Positions 12,490 to 24,045 of a stretch of 53,802 nucleotides of DNA are shown here, in pieces (positions within the stretch are counted from its first letter, which is position 1; each line of letters starts with the position of its first letter). The position numbers were made by a program, and so were the translations under genes. Source of the DNA: Octopus bimaculoides (Eukaryota); assembly GCF_001194135.2 (NCBI RefSeq), contig NC_068998.1, forward strand, positions 12,692,492-12,746,293. The letters are read 5' to 3'. Under the pieces are notes generated by a model, which ran no database searches, was not told where the DNA came from, and saw only the letters and a program-made list of their open reading frames with translations.

Positions 12490-12715
12490 AATATTAGTTT
12501 CAAATTTTGGCACAAGGCCAGCAATTTTAGGGGAGCGGTTAAGTCAATTACATCGACCCCAGTGCTCAACTGATACTTATTCTATCAACTCTGAAAAGGT
12601 GAAAGGTAAAGGGGACATTGGTAGAATTTGAACTCAGGATGTACAGATGAATGGAATGCTGCTAAACATTTTGCCTGGCAAGCTAACAAATCTGCCAGCT
12701 CAATGCCTTACAAGA
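12490..12715 (-). mobile_element. SINE family B (intronic)
   Basis: Reverse complement of the family B body: aaattttggcacaaggcc...cgaccccagt...tgaactcag. Confidence 0.8.
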
Positions 12716-12856
12716 ATATCAATAATATTGGATGTTGTAAATATGAGATTAAAAGAGAATGGGAAAAAAAAACACAGACAGGACTTGAACCATATCTATC
12801 ATTTGCAGAGTGTCTTATAATCACTAATAGAGTTGCCTGGCAGAAGACAGAGACAA

Positions 12857-13141
12857 TCATCATCATCGTCGTTTAACGTCCGCTTTCCATGCTAGCATGG
12901 GTTGGACAATTTGACTGAGGACTGGTGAAACCAGATGGCTACACCAGGCTCCAATCTGATTTGGCAGAGTTTCTACAGCTGGATGCCCTTCCTAACGCCA
13001 ACCACTCAGCGAGTGCAGTGGGTGCTTTTATGTGCCACTGGCACAAAGGCCAGTCAGGCGGTACTGGCAACGGCCATGCTCAAAATGGTGTATTTTACAT
13101 GCCACCTGCACAGGAGCCAGTTCGGCGGCACTGGCAACGAT
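12857..13141 (-). mobile_element. SINE family D (intronic)
   Basis: catcatcatcgtttaacgtccgctttccatgctagcatgggttggac..., near-identical to 48172-48520. Confidence 0.9.
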
Positions 13142-13888
13142 CAATGATTGACATATATCAGTCAGTCTTTCACTTTAATACCTATCAGTGATATGAAATT
13201 TTAGCTGTTAATACAACAGAATACCATTTTTACTTCTTTTCCTGAAGTGACCACCTGGGATGCTATTTCTCCATATTTTGTACTATCAACAGACTTTATT
13301 GAAGCAATGACATTTTATTTTTATTCTTAGTTGCCTGCCTATCCAACTACCATTCCATGACCATAGAAAAATAATGGTTCATTTTCAGAGAGTTCTTCTG
13401 GATCCATTGTAGACCTGTTAGTAAAAATACTGTTCAAGTGGATAGCTCTGTGACTGCTAGTCTTCGATAAACAACCTTGCCCAGACTTGTGCCTCAGAAG
13501 GTAACTTTCTAGGTGAAATCCCATCGTCATTCATGACTGAAGAGGGTCTTCCCATACAGTTGTAAGCAGATGTGGGCACCTGCTTGACTCTCAACCCTTT
13601 TACTCAACGGCACATCAAGGATGTGACAGAGAGGAAGGAGAAAGGGTTGCACCAGCATTCAACGGGCACTCAGTAGACTGGAGTAATGTGAAATGAGGTG
13701 CCTTGCTCAGGACACATTGTACTGTTCAGTCAAGGAATTACGACCATAAGCTAAAAACCCCAAACAACTAGGATACATGCCTTCACACACATCTGGTATC
13801 TGTGTGTGTGTATGTTTGTTTATACATTTCTGAAAAGTGCTGAGCTACAGGTGTCAATGATATTATTTTCCATTACATTTTCTATATA

Positions 13889-14086
13889 GGCGCAGGAGTG
13901 GCTGTGTGTTAAGTAGCTTGCTTACCAACCACATGATTCCGGGTTCAGTCCCACTGCGTGGCACCTTGGGCAAGTGTCTTCCACTATAGCCTCGGGCCGA
14001 CCAAAGCCTTGTGAGTGGATTTGGTAGATGGAAACTGAAAGAAGCTTGTCGTATATATGTATATATATATATATATGTGTGTTTGT
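13889..14086 (+). mobile_element. tRNA-derived SINE family A, truncated by an assembly gap
   Basis: ggcgcaggagtggctgtgtg..aagtagcttgcttaccaaccacatg..ccgggttcagtccc head with A/B-box-like motifs. Confidence 0.92.
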
Positions 14087-15420
14087 NNNNNNNNNNNNNN
14101 NNNNNNNNNNNNNNNNNNNNNNNNNNNNNNNNNNNNNNNNNNNNNNNNNNNNNNNNNNNNNNNNNNNNNNNNNNNNNNNNNNNNNNNNNNNNNNNNNNNN
14201 NNNNNNNNNNNNNNNNNNNNNNNNNNNNNNNNNNNNNNNNNNNNNNNNNNNNNNNNNNNNNNNNNNNNNNNNNNNNNNNNNNNNNNNNNNNNNNNNNNNN
14301 NNNNNNNNNNNNNNNNNNNNNNNNNNNNNNNNNNNNNNNNNNNNNNNNNNNNNNNNNNNNNNNNNNNNNNNNNNNNNNNNNNNNNNNNNNNNNNNNNNNN
14401 NNNNNNNNNNNNNNNNNNNNNNNNNNNNNNNNNNNNNNNNNNNNNNNNNNNNNNNNNNNNNNNNNNNNNNNNNNNNNNNNNNNNNNNNNNNNNNNNNNNN
14501 NNNNNNNNNNNNNNNNNNNNNNNNNNNNNNNNNNNNNNNNNNNNNNNNNNNNNNNNNNNNNNNNNNNNNNNNNNNNNNNNNNNNNNNNNNNNNNNNNNNN
14601 NNNNNNNNNNNNNNNNNNNNNNNNNNNNNNNNNNNNNNNNNNNNNNNNNNNNNNNNNNNNNNNNNNNNNNNNNNNNNNNNNNNNNNNNNNNNNNNNNNNN
14701 NNNNNNNNNNNNNNNNNNNNNNNNNNNNNNNNNNNNNNNNNNNNNNNNNNNNNNNNNNNNNNNNNNNNNNNNNNNNNNNNNNNNNNNNNNNNNNNNNNNN
14801 NNNNNNNNNNNNNNNNNNNNNNNNNNNNNNNNNNNNNNNNNNNNNNNNNNNNNNNNNNNNNNNNNNNNNNNNNNNNNNNNNNNNNNNNNNNNNNNNNNNN
14901 NNNNNNNNNNNNNNNNNNNNNNNNNNNNNNNNNNNNNNNNNNNNNNNNNNNNNNNNNNNNNNNNNNNNNNNNNNNNNNNNNNNNNNNNNNNNNNNNNNNN
15001 NNNNNNNNNNNNNNNNNNNNNNNNNNNNNNNNNNNNNNNNNNNNNNNNNNNNNNNNNNNNNNNNNNNNNNNNATATACATATATATAGTTTTAGGGAAAA
15101 GAACCAAGGTTCATGAACTCATCGATGAAAATCCACTGTCACATATAGAAAAATTAATAATCAAAAGCACAATAAATGAGTATAATATAATACAAAGTAA
15201 ATATCATAAGATAAAGATAATAAAATGACTACACGTGTTTCATAACTAATTTTCAAATAGAAACGAAATTTAAATCGATTAAAATTATCGAAAATCAATT
15301 CTATTCAATAATACAGCTAATCTTATGTATGTATGCATGTATGATGTATGTATGTATGTATGTATACACTCAGGTGAGCACACAAACACACAAACAAAAG
15401 GAAAAAGAACTGGAACTTAC

Positions 15421-15522
15421 ACGACACAAGTTGACTAGATGGCTGTCTTTGAGAGGACAGTCAGAAAGATTGACATTTTCAAGTTGCTTACAATTCTGTA
15501 ACATCCTAGCAAGGGAGTCAAC
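15421..15522 (-). CDS. FBXL17: FBXL17-like exon 5 (LRR)
   Basis: Acceptor ttctttcttttag|, VDSLARMLQNCKQLENVNLSDCPLKDSHLVNLCR, GTAAGT donor. 102 nt, phase 0-0. Confidence 0.92.
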
Positions 15523-15983
15523 CTAAAAGAAAGAATGCATATATCACAATACGCAGAATATATACATGGAGATTTAAATAACTTTGCCATCTGCTGTGTC
15601 ATCATCATTGTTTTAATGTCCAATTTTTTCACACTTGCATAAATAAGTCAGATGGAAGTTATCAGGGCAGATTTTCTACAGCCAGATGCTCTTTCTGTTG
15701 CCAACCTTTACCTATTTCCAAGCAATGGAATCTCCCCATTCATGCTTAGACCATGCTTTTATAGAATATTGGAAATTAATGACATTCATTAACAACAATC
15801 GCATGTCATGGAAACAAGGAGGCTCAAACATACACACACTCGTACATACATACTGTGAAGACGCATGGCTCAATGGTTAGAGCGTCAAACTTACAACCAT
15901 GAGGTTGTGAGTTCGAATCCCGGACCGGGCTGCGTTTTGTGTTCTTGAGCAAGACACTATTTCACGTTGCTACAGTTCAATAT

Positions 15984-16192
15984 TCTTTTACTCTTTTACT
16001 TGTTTCAGTCATTCGACTGTGGCCATGCTGGAGCACCGCCTTTAGTCGAGCAAATCGACCCCAGGACTTATTCTTTGTAAGCCTAGTACTTATTCTATCG
16101 GTCTCTTTTTGCCGAACCGCTAAGTTATGGGGACGTAAACACACCAGCATCGGTTGTCAAGCGATGGTGGGGGGAGAAACACAGACACACAA

Positions 16193-16231
<39 letters not shown>

Positions 16232-16394
16232 CGACAGTCTTCTTTCAGTTTTCGTCTACCAAATCCACTCACGAGGCTTTGGTCGGCCCGAGGCTATAGA
16301 AGAACACACTAGCCCAAGGTGCCACACAGTGGGACTGAACCCAGAACCATGTGGCTAGTAAGCAAGCTACTTACCACACAGCCACTCCTGCGCC
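15984..16394 (-). mobile_element. SINE family A, full length, inverted relative to neighbouring copies
   Basis: Reverse complement of the family A head, internal (TA)/(CA) microsatellite and gagtaaaa tail. Confidence 0.93.
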
Positions 16395-16704
16395 TATATT
16401 GTTAATGGACTGGTTCAGAGTTTGAAAGAAAAAAGACAAAGAACACACCTAGCTTTGATGTTTCATCTTTGGAATAAAGAGAAAATATCAATTAGCATTC
16501 TTTCACAACTAACCTTCAACTAATCACCAAATACTATTTTTCAGTTCTTCGTTGTTTCATTACAAGTTTTTGCCTTTTTACCTAAGTTTGAAATACTAAA
16601 TCGTACTTGCAAGCAAACTACGGAGCATCGTAAACTACAAGAGAAAAAAAATATTTTAATAGAAATCCCATCGTACAGATACATGAGCAAAAACATAGAC
16701 TTAC

Positions 16705-16830
16705 AGCATCACAATGAGATAAGTTAATTAATTTCAGACGTGTACAGTAATTGGCCATAGTGTCGACAGTTTCAGCATTTAAATGCCAACCAAAGCTGAG
16801 ATGTGTGATACGCGGACAGTTGTGAAATAT
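16705..16830 (-). CDS. FBXL17: FBXL17-like exon 4 (LRR)
   Basis: Acceptor tttatttttag|, IFHNCPRITHLSFGWHLNAETVDTMANYCTRLKLINLSHCDA, GTAAGT donor. 126 nt, phase 0-0. Confidence 0.92.
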
Positions 16831-16984
16831 CTAAAAATAAAAAGAATTTTTTTTTTAAAGTTTATTTTGCAGAGCCAAGATAAAAAAGAGCTCAAGGATC
16901 AGTTAAATATTGTAAAAAGTTTAGCCAGTGAAAGATTGGATGTTTTCATCCCTATTTTCCTTGCATTGGATTTAATTTGAAATA

Positions 16985-17578
16985 GGCACAGGAGTGGCTG
17001 TGTGGTAAGTAGCTTGCTTACCAACTACATGGTTCCGGGTTCAGTCCCACTGTGTGGCACTTTAGGCAAGTGTCTTCTACTATAGCCTCGGGCTGACCAA
17101 AGCCTTGTCAGTGGATTTAGTAAATGGAAACTGAAAGACGCCCGTCATACATACATACATATATATATGTGTGTGTGTGTGTGTGTCTGTGTTTGTCCCC
17201 CAACATTGCTTGACAACCGATGCTTGTGTGTCTATGTCCCTATAACCTAGCAGTTCGGCAAAAGAAACCGATAGAATAAGTACTAGGCTTACAAAGAATA
17301 AGTCCTGGGGTCAATTTATTTGAATCCCTTCAATGCAATGCCCCCAGCACAGCTGTAGTCCAATGACTAAAACAAGGAAAAGATAAAAGGAAAACTCGTC
17401 AATTTTTAAACAGGTGTGGCCGTGGTTAGACATTTGCTTCTCAACCACATGGCTCTAGGTTCAATCCCACTGCATGGCACCTTAGGCAAGTGTCTTCTAC
17501 TATTGCCTTGGCCTGACGAAAGCCTTATGAGTGGATTTGTTAGTCAGAAACTAAAAGAAGCCTGTCATATACATATAC

Positions 17579-17613
<35 letters not shown>

Positions 17614-18483
17614 GTAGTGTCTGTCCCCCATCAGTGCTTGACAACCAGTGCTGGTGTGTTTACAACCCTACGATTTAGTAGTTCAGCAAAAGAGACTGAA
17701 AGAATAAGTACCAGCAGGCTTTAAAAAACAAAAAAAAAGTACTGAAGTCAATTCATTTGACTGAAAATTCTTCAGGCGGTGCTCCAGCATGGCCACAGCC
17801 TAATGACTGAACCAAGTACAAAAAAACCCCCCAAAAAAACTCAAAGGAGTGGCTGTGTGGTAAGTAGCTTGCTTACCAACCACATGGTTCGGGTTCAGTC
17901 CCACTGCATGGCACCTTGGGCAAATGTCTTCTACTATAGCCTCGGGCTGACCAAAGCCTTGTGAGTAGATTTGGTAGACGGAAACTGAAAGAAGCCCGTC
18001 GTATATATGTATATATATATATAACATAATATGGTAAAAATTCGATATTAATTAATATCAATTTAATACCAGGAAACTAGCACATTAGAAGAATCAGAAG
18101 GTTCAGGAAAATTTTTTTTTCGAGATCCTAAAAAGATTATAGTACTTGTGTATATAAGATTGACCAGTAACCGGTCTGTCAATATGCTAGAAGAAGCTCA
18201 CTTAAGTGAGCTTCTTCTAGCATATTGACAGACCGGTTATATATATATATATATGTATGTGTGTTTGTGTGTCTGAGTTTGTCCCCCCAGCATCGCTTGA
18301 CAACCGATGCTGGTGTGTTTGCGTCCCCGTAACTTAGCGGTTCGGCAAAAGAGACATATAGAATAAGTACTAGGCTTACAAAGAATAAGTCCTGGGGTCG
18401 ATTTGCTTGACTAAAGACGGTGCTCCAGCATGGCCGCAGTCAAATGACTGAAACAAGTAAAAGAGTAGAAAGAGTAAAAGAGT
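16985..18483 (+). mobile_element. Three tandem SINE family A copies (16985-17390, 17411-17820, 17846-18483) filling most of intron 3
   Basis: Three successive head-microsatellite-tail units. The third carries an unrelated insert at about 18022-18239. Confidence 0.92.
18168..18239. repeat. Perfect 72-bp palindrome with no spacer
   Basis: taaccggtctgtcaatatgctagaagaagctcactt|aagtgagcttcttctagcatattgacagaccggtta. The 36-bp arms are exact reverse complements. Confidence 0.97.
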
Positions 18484-18528
18484 AATGTATAATGTACATA
18501 GAAGTGAAGACCACAGATATCAACAGAC

Positions 18529-18640
18529 CTTTACAATAGTGGGATTGGTTACACAGAAACAATCATCAAGGTACAACTGCTCAAGATCATATTGATTTTC
18601 TGCTATCAGTTGAATGGTTGAATCAGGAAGAGAACAGCAT
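18529..18640 (-). CDS. FBXL17: FBXL17-like exon 3 (LRR)
   Basis: Acceptor ctcttctctag|, then A + CCSLPDSTIQLIAENQYDLEQLYLDDCFCVTNPTIVK. 112 nt, phase 2-0. The donor GTCTGT is weak; an alternative GTAAAG lies 6 nt upstream. Confidence 0.88.
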
Positions 18641-18921
18641 CTAGAGAAGAGGGCATCAATAAATGACATATCAAAAATCCACCTTGTCACCAAATGGAAT
18701 CAATCACAAACATTCCAATCAAATTATCACGAATAAAAGTTGATAATTACTGATTATCCAGTTGTAATTTATCAACATAAGCATATCATTTAATGGCAAT
18801 CACATGAAGACACAAATTACTATATTTTTCCCCTTTTATTTAAATAACCCAAAGTGCAGACATGGTTGTGTGGTTAAGAAGTTCTGTGGCTAATGGCTAA
18901 TCCCATTGTACAGTACCTTAA

Positions 18922-19141
18922 CCGTTTAACATTTAATCTGATCATATCCAGCCAAAATATTCTCTCTGATTTACGTTGAAACCAACCAGATCCAACCTCT
19001 TGTGCCTACTCTAAAATGTCGTTCTTAAAATAAACAATTACATTTTTGAAATCTCAAAGCTACAAGATAAAGCAGGAGTAATTCAGAACAATGTGAATAA
19101 GTAAGCAATATATTTGACAGAGTAATCTGAATAGTAGGGGG
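18922..19141. mobile_element. piggyBac-type MITE (degenerate)
   Basis: TTAA at 18918-18921 then ccgtttaacatt; right end ...ctgaatagtagggggTTGA. A related partial end (ttaatcctttagcattcaaac) is at about 42975-43025. Confidence 0.55.
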
Positions 19142-20436
19142 TTGAACGAATGTCTGCTATAGATTTGGACAAACTGTGTAGAGGTATCTAGAACTGTACC
19201 GATATTTTGGTGACAGACTTAATCCGTTGTTCAGTTTAACATTACAATTTGGTTCTTGGTTTGCATTTAGTAGAGTCCACTCAGTCTGAGGATGACTCTT
19301 GAGTCATGGTTTCTAATCTCAGATGCTTTGCAAAAAGGCCATATGTACTGCCCTTCTTCCTCTGACCAAGATATGAAAAAAATAAAACATCAAAAACATT
19401 TGAACCATCCAACCCTGCGACTGTCAATATGTAAATTCATTTAATGTAAGATAATTCCATCTTGACATTACAACCCACCAAAAATACTTGTGAGTGTGGG
19501 GACCACCAGCGGTGGAGAGCACTAGTGGACCCAGTCGGCTCTGGGACCACTAACCAGGGATGACCCCCAGCCTGTTCAATCAAGAGCATGAAGCACTAAG
19601 TGAAGCAATTGTCCTTCTCTTAACCGCTCTTCAGCCAAGTAAATGGGAGAGGAGAAATCAAGTACTTTACGCAGGGCAAAGTAACGCTGGAATATGAGTT
19701 AATAGCTTTCCTACAAAGAGAACAAGAGCTTATCCAATCAGCCACTAATGTATGCCATCTCAATCTCACTTGATTCACTCACTTTTGAACTCCTATGAAA
19801 CTGCATTCTTAACATTCTTAGCCCCTTTTAGGGGCTTGAAGAAGCTATGGATACCGCTTCATCTTCCTCAGACTATCAAATAAAAACAAAAAATTATTTT
19901 GATAGACACGTAGACATTTTTCTATACTTACAACACCCGAAAACACGGAAACCCCGAAACCAAAAGATTACTAATATAAAGTTCACAATATCTGTTATTA
20001 TAATAATTTCTTTCAAATTTTGGAACGAGGCCAGCAGTTTTGAGAGGTGGACATCAATTTATGAAAATATGTGGCCTAGTGGTTTGGGGTGTTACTCATG
20101 ATTGCAAGATTGTGGTTTTGATTCCTAGACTGGGCAGTACATTGGATTCTTGAGTAAATCACTTCATTTCACATTACTCCTGTCCACTCAACCTTAAATG
20201 AGTAGCCCTGCAATGGACTGGCATCCCTTTCAGGGGGAGTGTTGTTATCTTGGTCACTTACATACCGTGGAAACGAGTTAACAGGCTCTATGACTCCTAG
20301 GGCTTGATAATGATGAAGTGAATTACATCAGCCCAAGTGCTCAATAGCTACTTGTTTCATCTATCTCAAAAGGATAAAAGGCAAAGTTGACTTGTAACAC
20401 GACTTTGGTTTTAGCTATTATTACAGTGATAGAAGT

Positions 20437-20826
20437 GGAGGCGCAATGGCCCAGTGGTTAAGGCAGCGGACTCGCGGTCATAGGGTCGCAGTTTCGATTC
20501 CCAGACCAGGCGTTGTGAGTGTTTATTGAGCGAAAACACCTAAAGCTCCACGAGGCTCCGGCAGGGGATGGTAGCGAACCCTGCTGTACTCTTTCACCAC
20601 AACTTTCTCTCACTCTTACTTCCTGTTTCTGTTGTGCCCATATTTCAAAGGGCCAGCCTCATCACACTGTGTTACGCTGAATATCCCCGAAAACTATGTT
20701 AAGGGTGCACATGTCTGTGGAGTGCTCAGCCACTTGCACATTAATTTCACAAGCAGGTTGTTCCGTTGATTGGATCAACTGGAACCCTCAACGTCGTAAG
20801 CGATGGAGTGCCAACAACAACAACAA
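20437..20826 (+). mobile_element. tRNA-derived SINE family C, full length with 11-bp TSD
   Basis: Head ggaggcgcaatggcccagtggtta...ggtttcgattcccag and (CAA)n tail. TSD acagtgataga at 20423-20433 and 20826-20836. Confidence 0.93.
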
Positions 20827-22097
20827 CAGTGATAGACAATATTTCAAAATTTTAAACAAAATACTTTAAAACATCATCATCATCAACTCAATGATTACCT
20901 CAAAACATTGATTAAAAAGAAACAAAATTAAAGATGGGATGAGTAAAGATGTGGAGCTCACAAACAAACATTACAACATGCAGAACAACTCGGAAGACTA
21001 TGTGGTTTTGACAAACTAGAAAGGACAACCAAGTCTCTCTCAAGTCACATTCCACAACATATTAGATCATGCAATCCTAGGTAAATGTTACATGGGAAAA
21101 TGAGGGGTTGTCACAGCTAGATTGTCTTTGATCTGCTTAATCAGGACTCAACTTGGTTTAAATTACAACATCATCATCATCATCATCATTTTAACATGCA
21201 CTTTCAAAGGCTTGTCTGAGTTAGAGTTTATTGATGCAAATTTTCTAAAGCCAGATGCCCTTCTTGTCATCAACCCTTACTTGTTACTGTTGTAGTGAAA
21301 ATGGTACTCCCACTTTCCACATGACGAAGTGGTATGAAGAGCCACTATAAAGTCAGACAGTCAGTCATTGTAGGAGTTCTCAGTTGGAGTCAGTGTCAGT
21401 TACGTGATATATATGAGTTCGAGTTACCGTCGAGGTAGATGTTTCACGCAGAATACCGCCACAACATAACAGTGGCAACAGAAATATTACAGTGATGATA
21501 ACAACATAGAAGTGGATGAGGATCCACATTATAACAGTTACCAAGTAAGGTAATGTTTTCCTATGGCCAGATATGTTTCCACAGAATACTGGAAATGAAT
21601 AATATTCGTTTACAACAATCATGCAATGTCAAGACAAAAACACATACACACATATATGGGTTTCTTTCAGTTTCCATCCACTCATGAGGCTTTGGTCAGC
21701 TTGGGCTCTAGTAGTCTCACACAGTAGGATTGAACTCAAACCTGTGTAGTTCAGAAGCAAGCTTCTTAACCCCCATGGCCACACTGGGTTATAGCTAAAT
21801 AAATTTGTCAAGAGTTCAAAATGATTTTTTAGGAGTTGCTACCCTCCTAAAACCAGACAGGGACTGTGTTCACCACAGAGGTAATTTTTCAATTATTTTT
21901 TTTTAACAGATAAAATAGCAAAACGTGATTCTCTGATTTATCTAAAAGAGCAGCGACTGTAGATCAGAACTCACTCAGACTATTTACAACCAGTTCCGCT
22001 TCTACCAGCCTGGAAAGTGGATATAAAATGATGATAATGACGATGATGACTTGCGGTTTTATGATGGGAGGCAAAAGTAAAGGAAACAGTTTCATAC

Positions 22098-22922
22098 CCT
22101 TTCAGAGATAAAAACGATAACCATCGACATTTTTTAAGAACACTTGAGATCCCTTCAGGGGAAAATCCCATTGTATTTGAGATATCTAAATGAACCACAT
22201 GATTGCTGTATGAGGTGATTTTGTCAAGAATTTCATCTGACAGAGTCTTGTGACCAAAGTCCTGAAAATTGATATGTCTCCACAATGATGGATCTTTAGC
22301 GAGTTCATACCATTTTTTACAAACTAATTCAACCGAATGTATTCGTTCAGGAATAGTGAGGTACTTAAAGATTTCTAGAAGGATACTGCTTGGTAAATTA
22401 AGAATGTGTAACGAATCCTCTGGAGATGGTACTCCATTTGTATGTTCTGAATGAAGTTCAGAGTCATGTTTTTGTTCTGATGTGTCTTGAGGAAGACTAG
22501 TGACTTTACTTGCTACAATTTCTTCTGGTTCCTGTTGAGAAAACACTGTCCTACCAGGAGAGATTTTGTAGTTTGTTGACTCAGCCGAACAATGGTATTT
22601 AGAAGAATGACATTTTGACAAAACTAAGTTACTACAATCAGTAGAAGTTGTTTCCTGAGTCTGTGGGAGAGAAGTTAAGTGTTTGTCATGTTCATTGCTA
22701 ACATTACTTTCATCTTTAGAGTTCTGTAAAGAAACTGAGACTGCATCTACACCCTTTACATTCATTGAACAAGAGTCTGAAATAGTTCTAACTGACAACT
22801 CGCCAGTCTCTACTCCTACATTGATCATCTTGCTGTTATTTTCTCGACGTACTTTGCAAAGTGGTTTGTTATCATGAGTAGGTGACGCTGGGCATCTTTT
22901 CAGTGTTCTTCTGTGAAGTTTC
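22098..22922 (-). CDS. FBXL17: FBXL17-like exon 2: low-complexity N-terminus, F-box and first LRR
   Basis: Long poly-T tract then TAG acceptor. Encodes ILNLPSSILLEIFKYLTIPERIHSVELVCKKWYELAKDPSLWRHINF (F-box) and LSDEILDKITSYSNHVVHLDISN (LRR). Donor is AAAGG|GTATGA. 825 nt, phase 2-2. Confidence 0.93.
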
Positions 22923-23724
22923 CTACATGTGAAAAAAAAAAAAAAAAAAAAAAAAAAACAGTTCGTTTTATAATTTGAAATATACGTTATGAAATAGACT
23001 GTACTAGTGTAAATGAATAAAAAAAAAACTGAGATAAAAGTGTCTCTGATTAAAAATAAATAATATAAAACAAAACTCAATATGCTTCTTCTACCTTAAT
23101 TCTGTATTTTGAATGCAAGCAACCAAAGTCAGATACATTTTTTCATTCAAAATCCTAATCTAAAACCTTTTTGTAGCAAATGCTATTGAAAACAATGTAA
23201 AACAAGATATGTGATGAAGTAATTTCCTTCATGGATTCAGCTGATCTCACTGTGGCACCATGGGTTAATGTCTTTTATTGTACTGAAGAGTAATTATTGA
23301 ACCTAACAATAAGGAACTTTCTCCTTCAATAATGTACTATCAGAATCATCATCATCATCATCATCGTTTAACGTCCGCAAGTAATGAGAAAAGCTGAAGG
23401 TTCAGATTAAAGCTCTTCAATGATGGCTGGTCTCCATGGTTGAAATGAAATGGCATGCCATCCTCAAAGGCAATGCCTTCTCCATTTTATCTACCAGGAC
23501 CATGCAGCAGACCAACAAGTCTTTTTAGCTACAGCTGTTGTTTCTATTAAAAAGCTAGTAATTCTTATTTGATTTAGTTGCCTGAACACAAACTGTCACC
23601 TGTTTTCTTTCAGTTGTCCACTTCTCTCTCCATCCACACACATCTCATACCTTCTCAACTAAACTGAATGGCCCTCAACAAACTCTCGTGGATCAATAAT
23701 AGTAAACTAGTTAATTATCATTAA

Positions 23725-24045
23725 AAAACTGGCACTCTATTGGTTATGGCAAGGGTTCCAGTTGATCTGATCAACAGAACTGTCTGCTCATGAAATTAAC
23801 ATACAAGTGACTGAGCACTGCACAAATATGTGTAACCTTATCATAGTTCTCAAGGAGATTTAGTGTGACGCAGAATGTGACATGGCTGGCCTTTTGAATT
23901 ACATGTACAACTCACTTTTGTCAGCTGACTGGACTGGAGAAACGTGAAATAAAGTGTCTTGCTCAACAACACAACATGCCTTTGGGAATCGAACTTACGA
24001 CCATACGGTCGTGAGCCAAAATACCGAAACCACTAAGTCACGCAA
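23725..24045 (-). mobile_element. SINE family C, older degenerate copy
   Basis: Reverse complement of the family C body (agggttccagttgatc...gagcactgcac...) with many CpG-to-TpG-type changes. Confidence 0.7.

Noticed and set aside
13339-13530. Candidate for the missing FBXL17-like exon (ctaacag acceptor near 13414)
   Set aside because: No frame gives LRR-like sequence with the required phase 0 start and phase 1 end.
13863-15228. Long ORFs of 150-450 aa in the ORF track here and at 8976, 43790-45243, 46142-47122 and 48332-48937
   Set aside because: They are artefacts of translating N gaps. Only the flanking Tx1 and RTE segments are real coding relics.
21980-23080. 366-aa single-exon ORF
   Set aside because: Both ends are intronic read-through (poly-Phe from the pyrimidine tract, and the tail after the GTATGA donor). 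The real exon is 22098-22922. Likewise 12444-12513 is intron.
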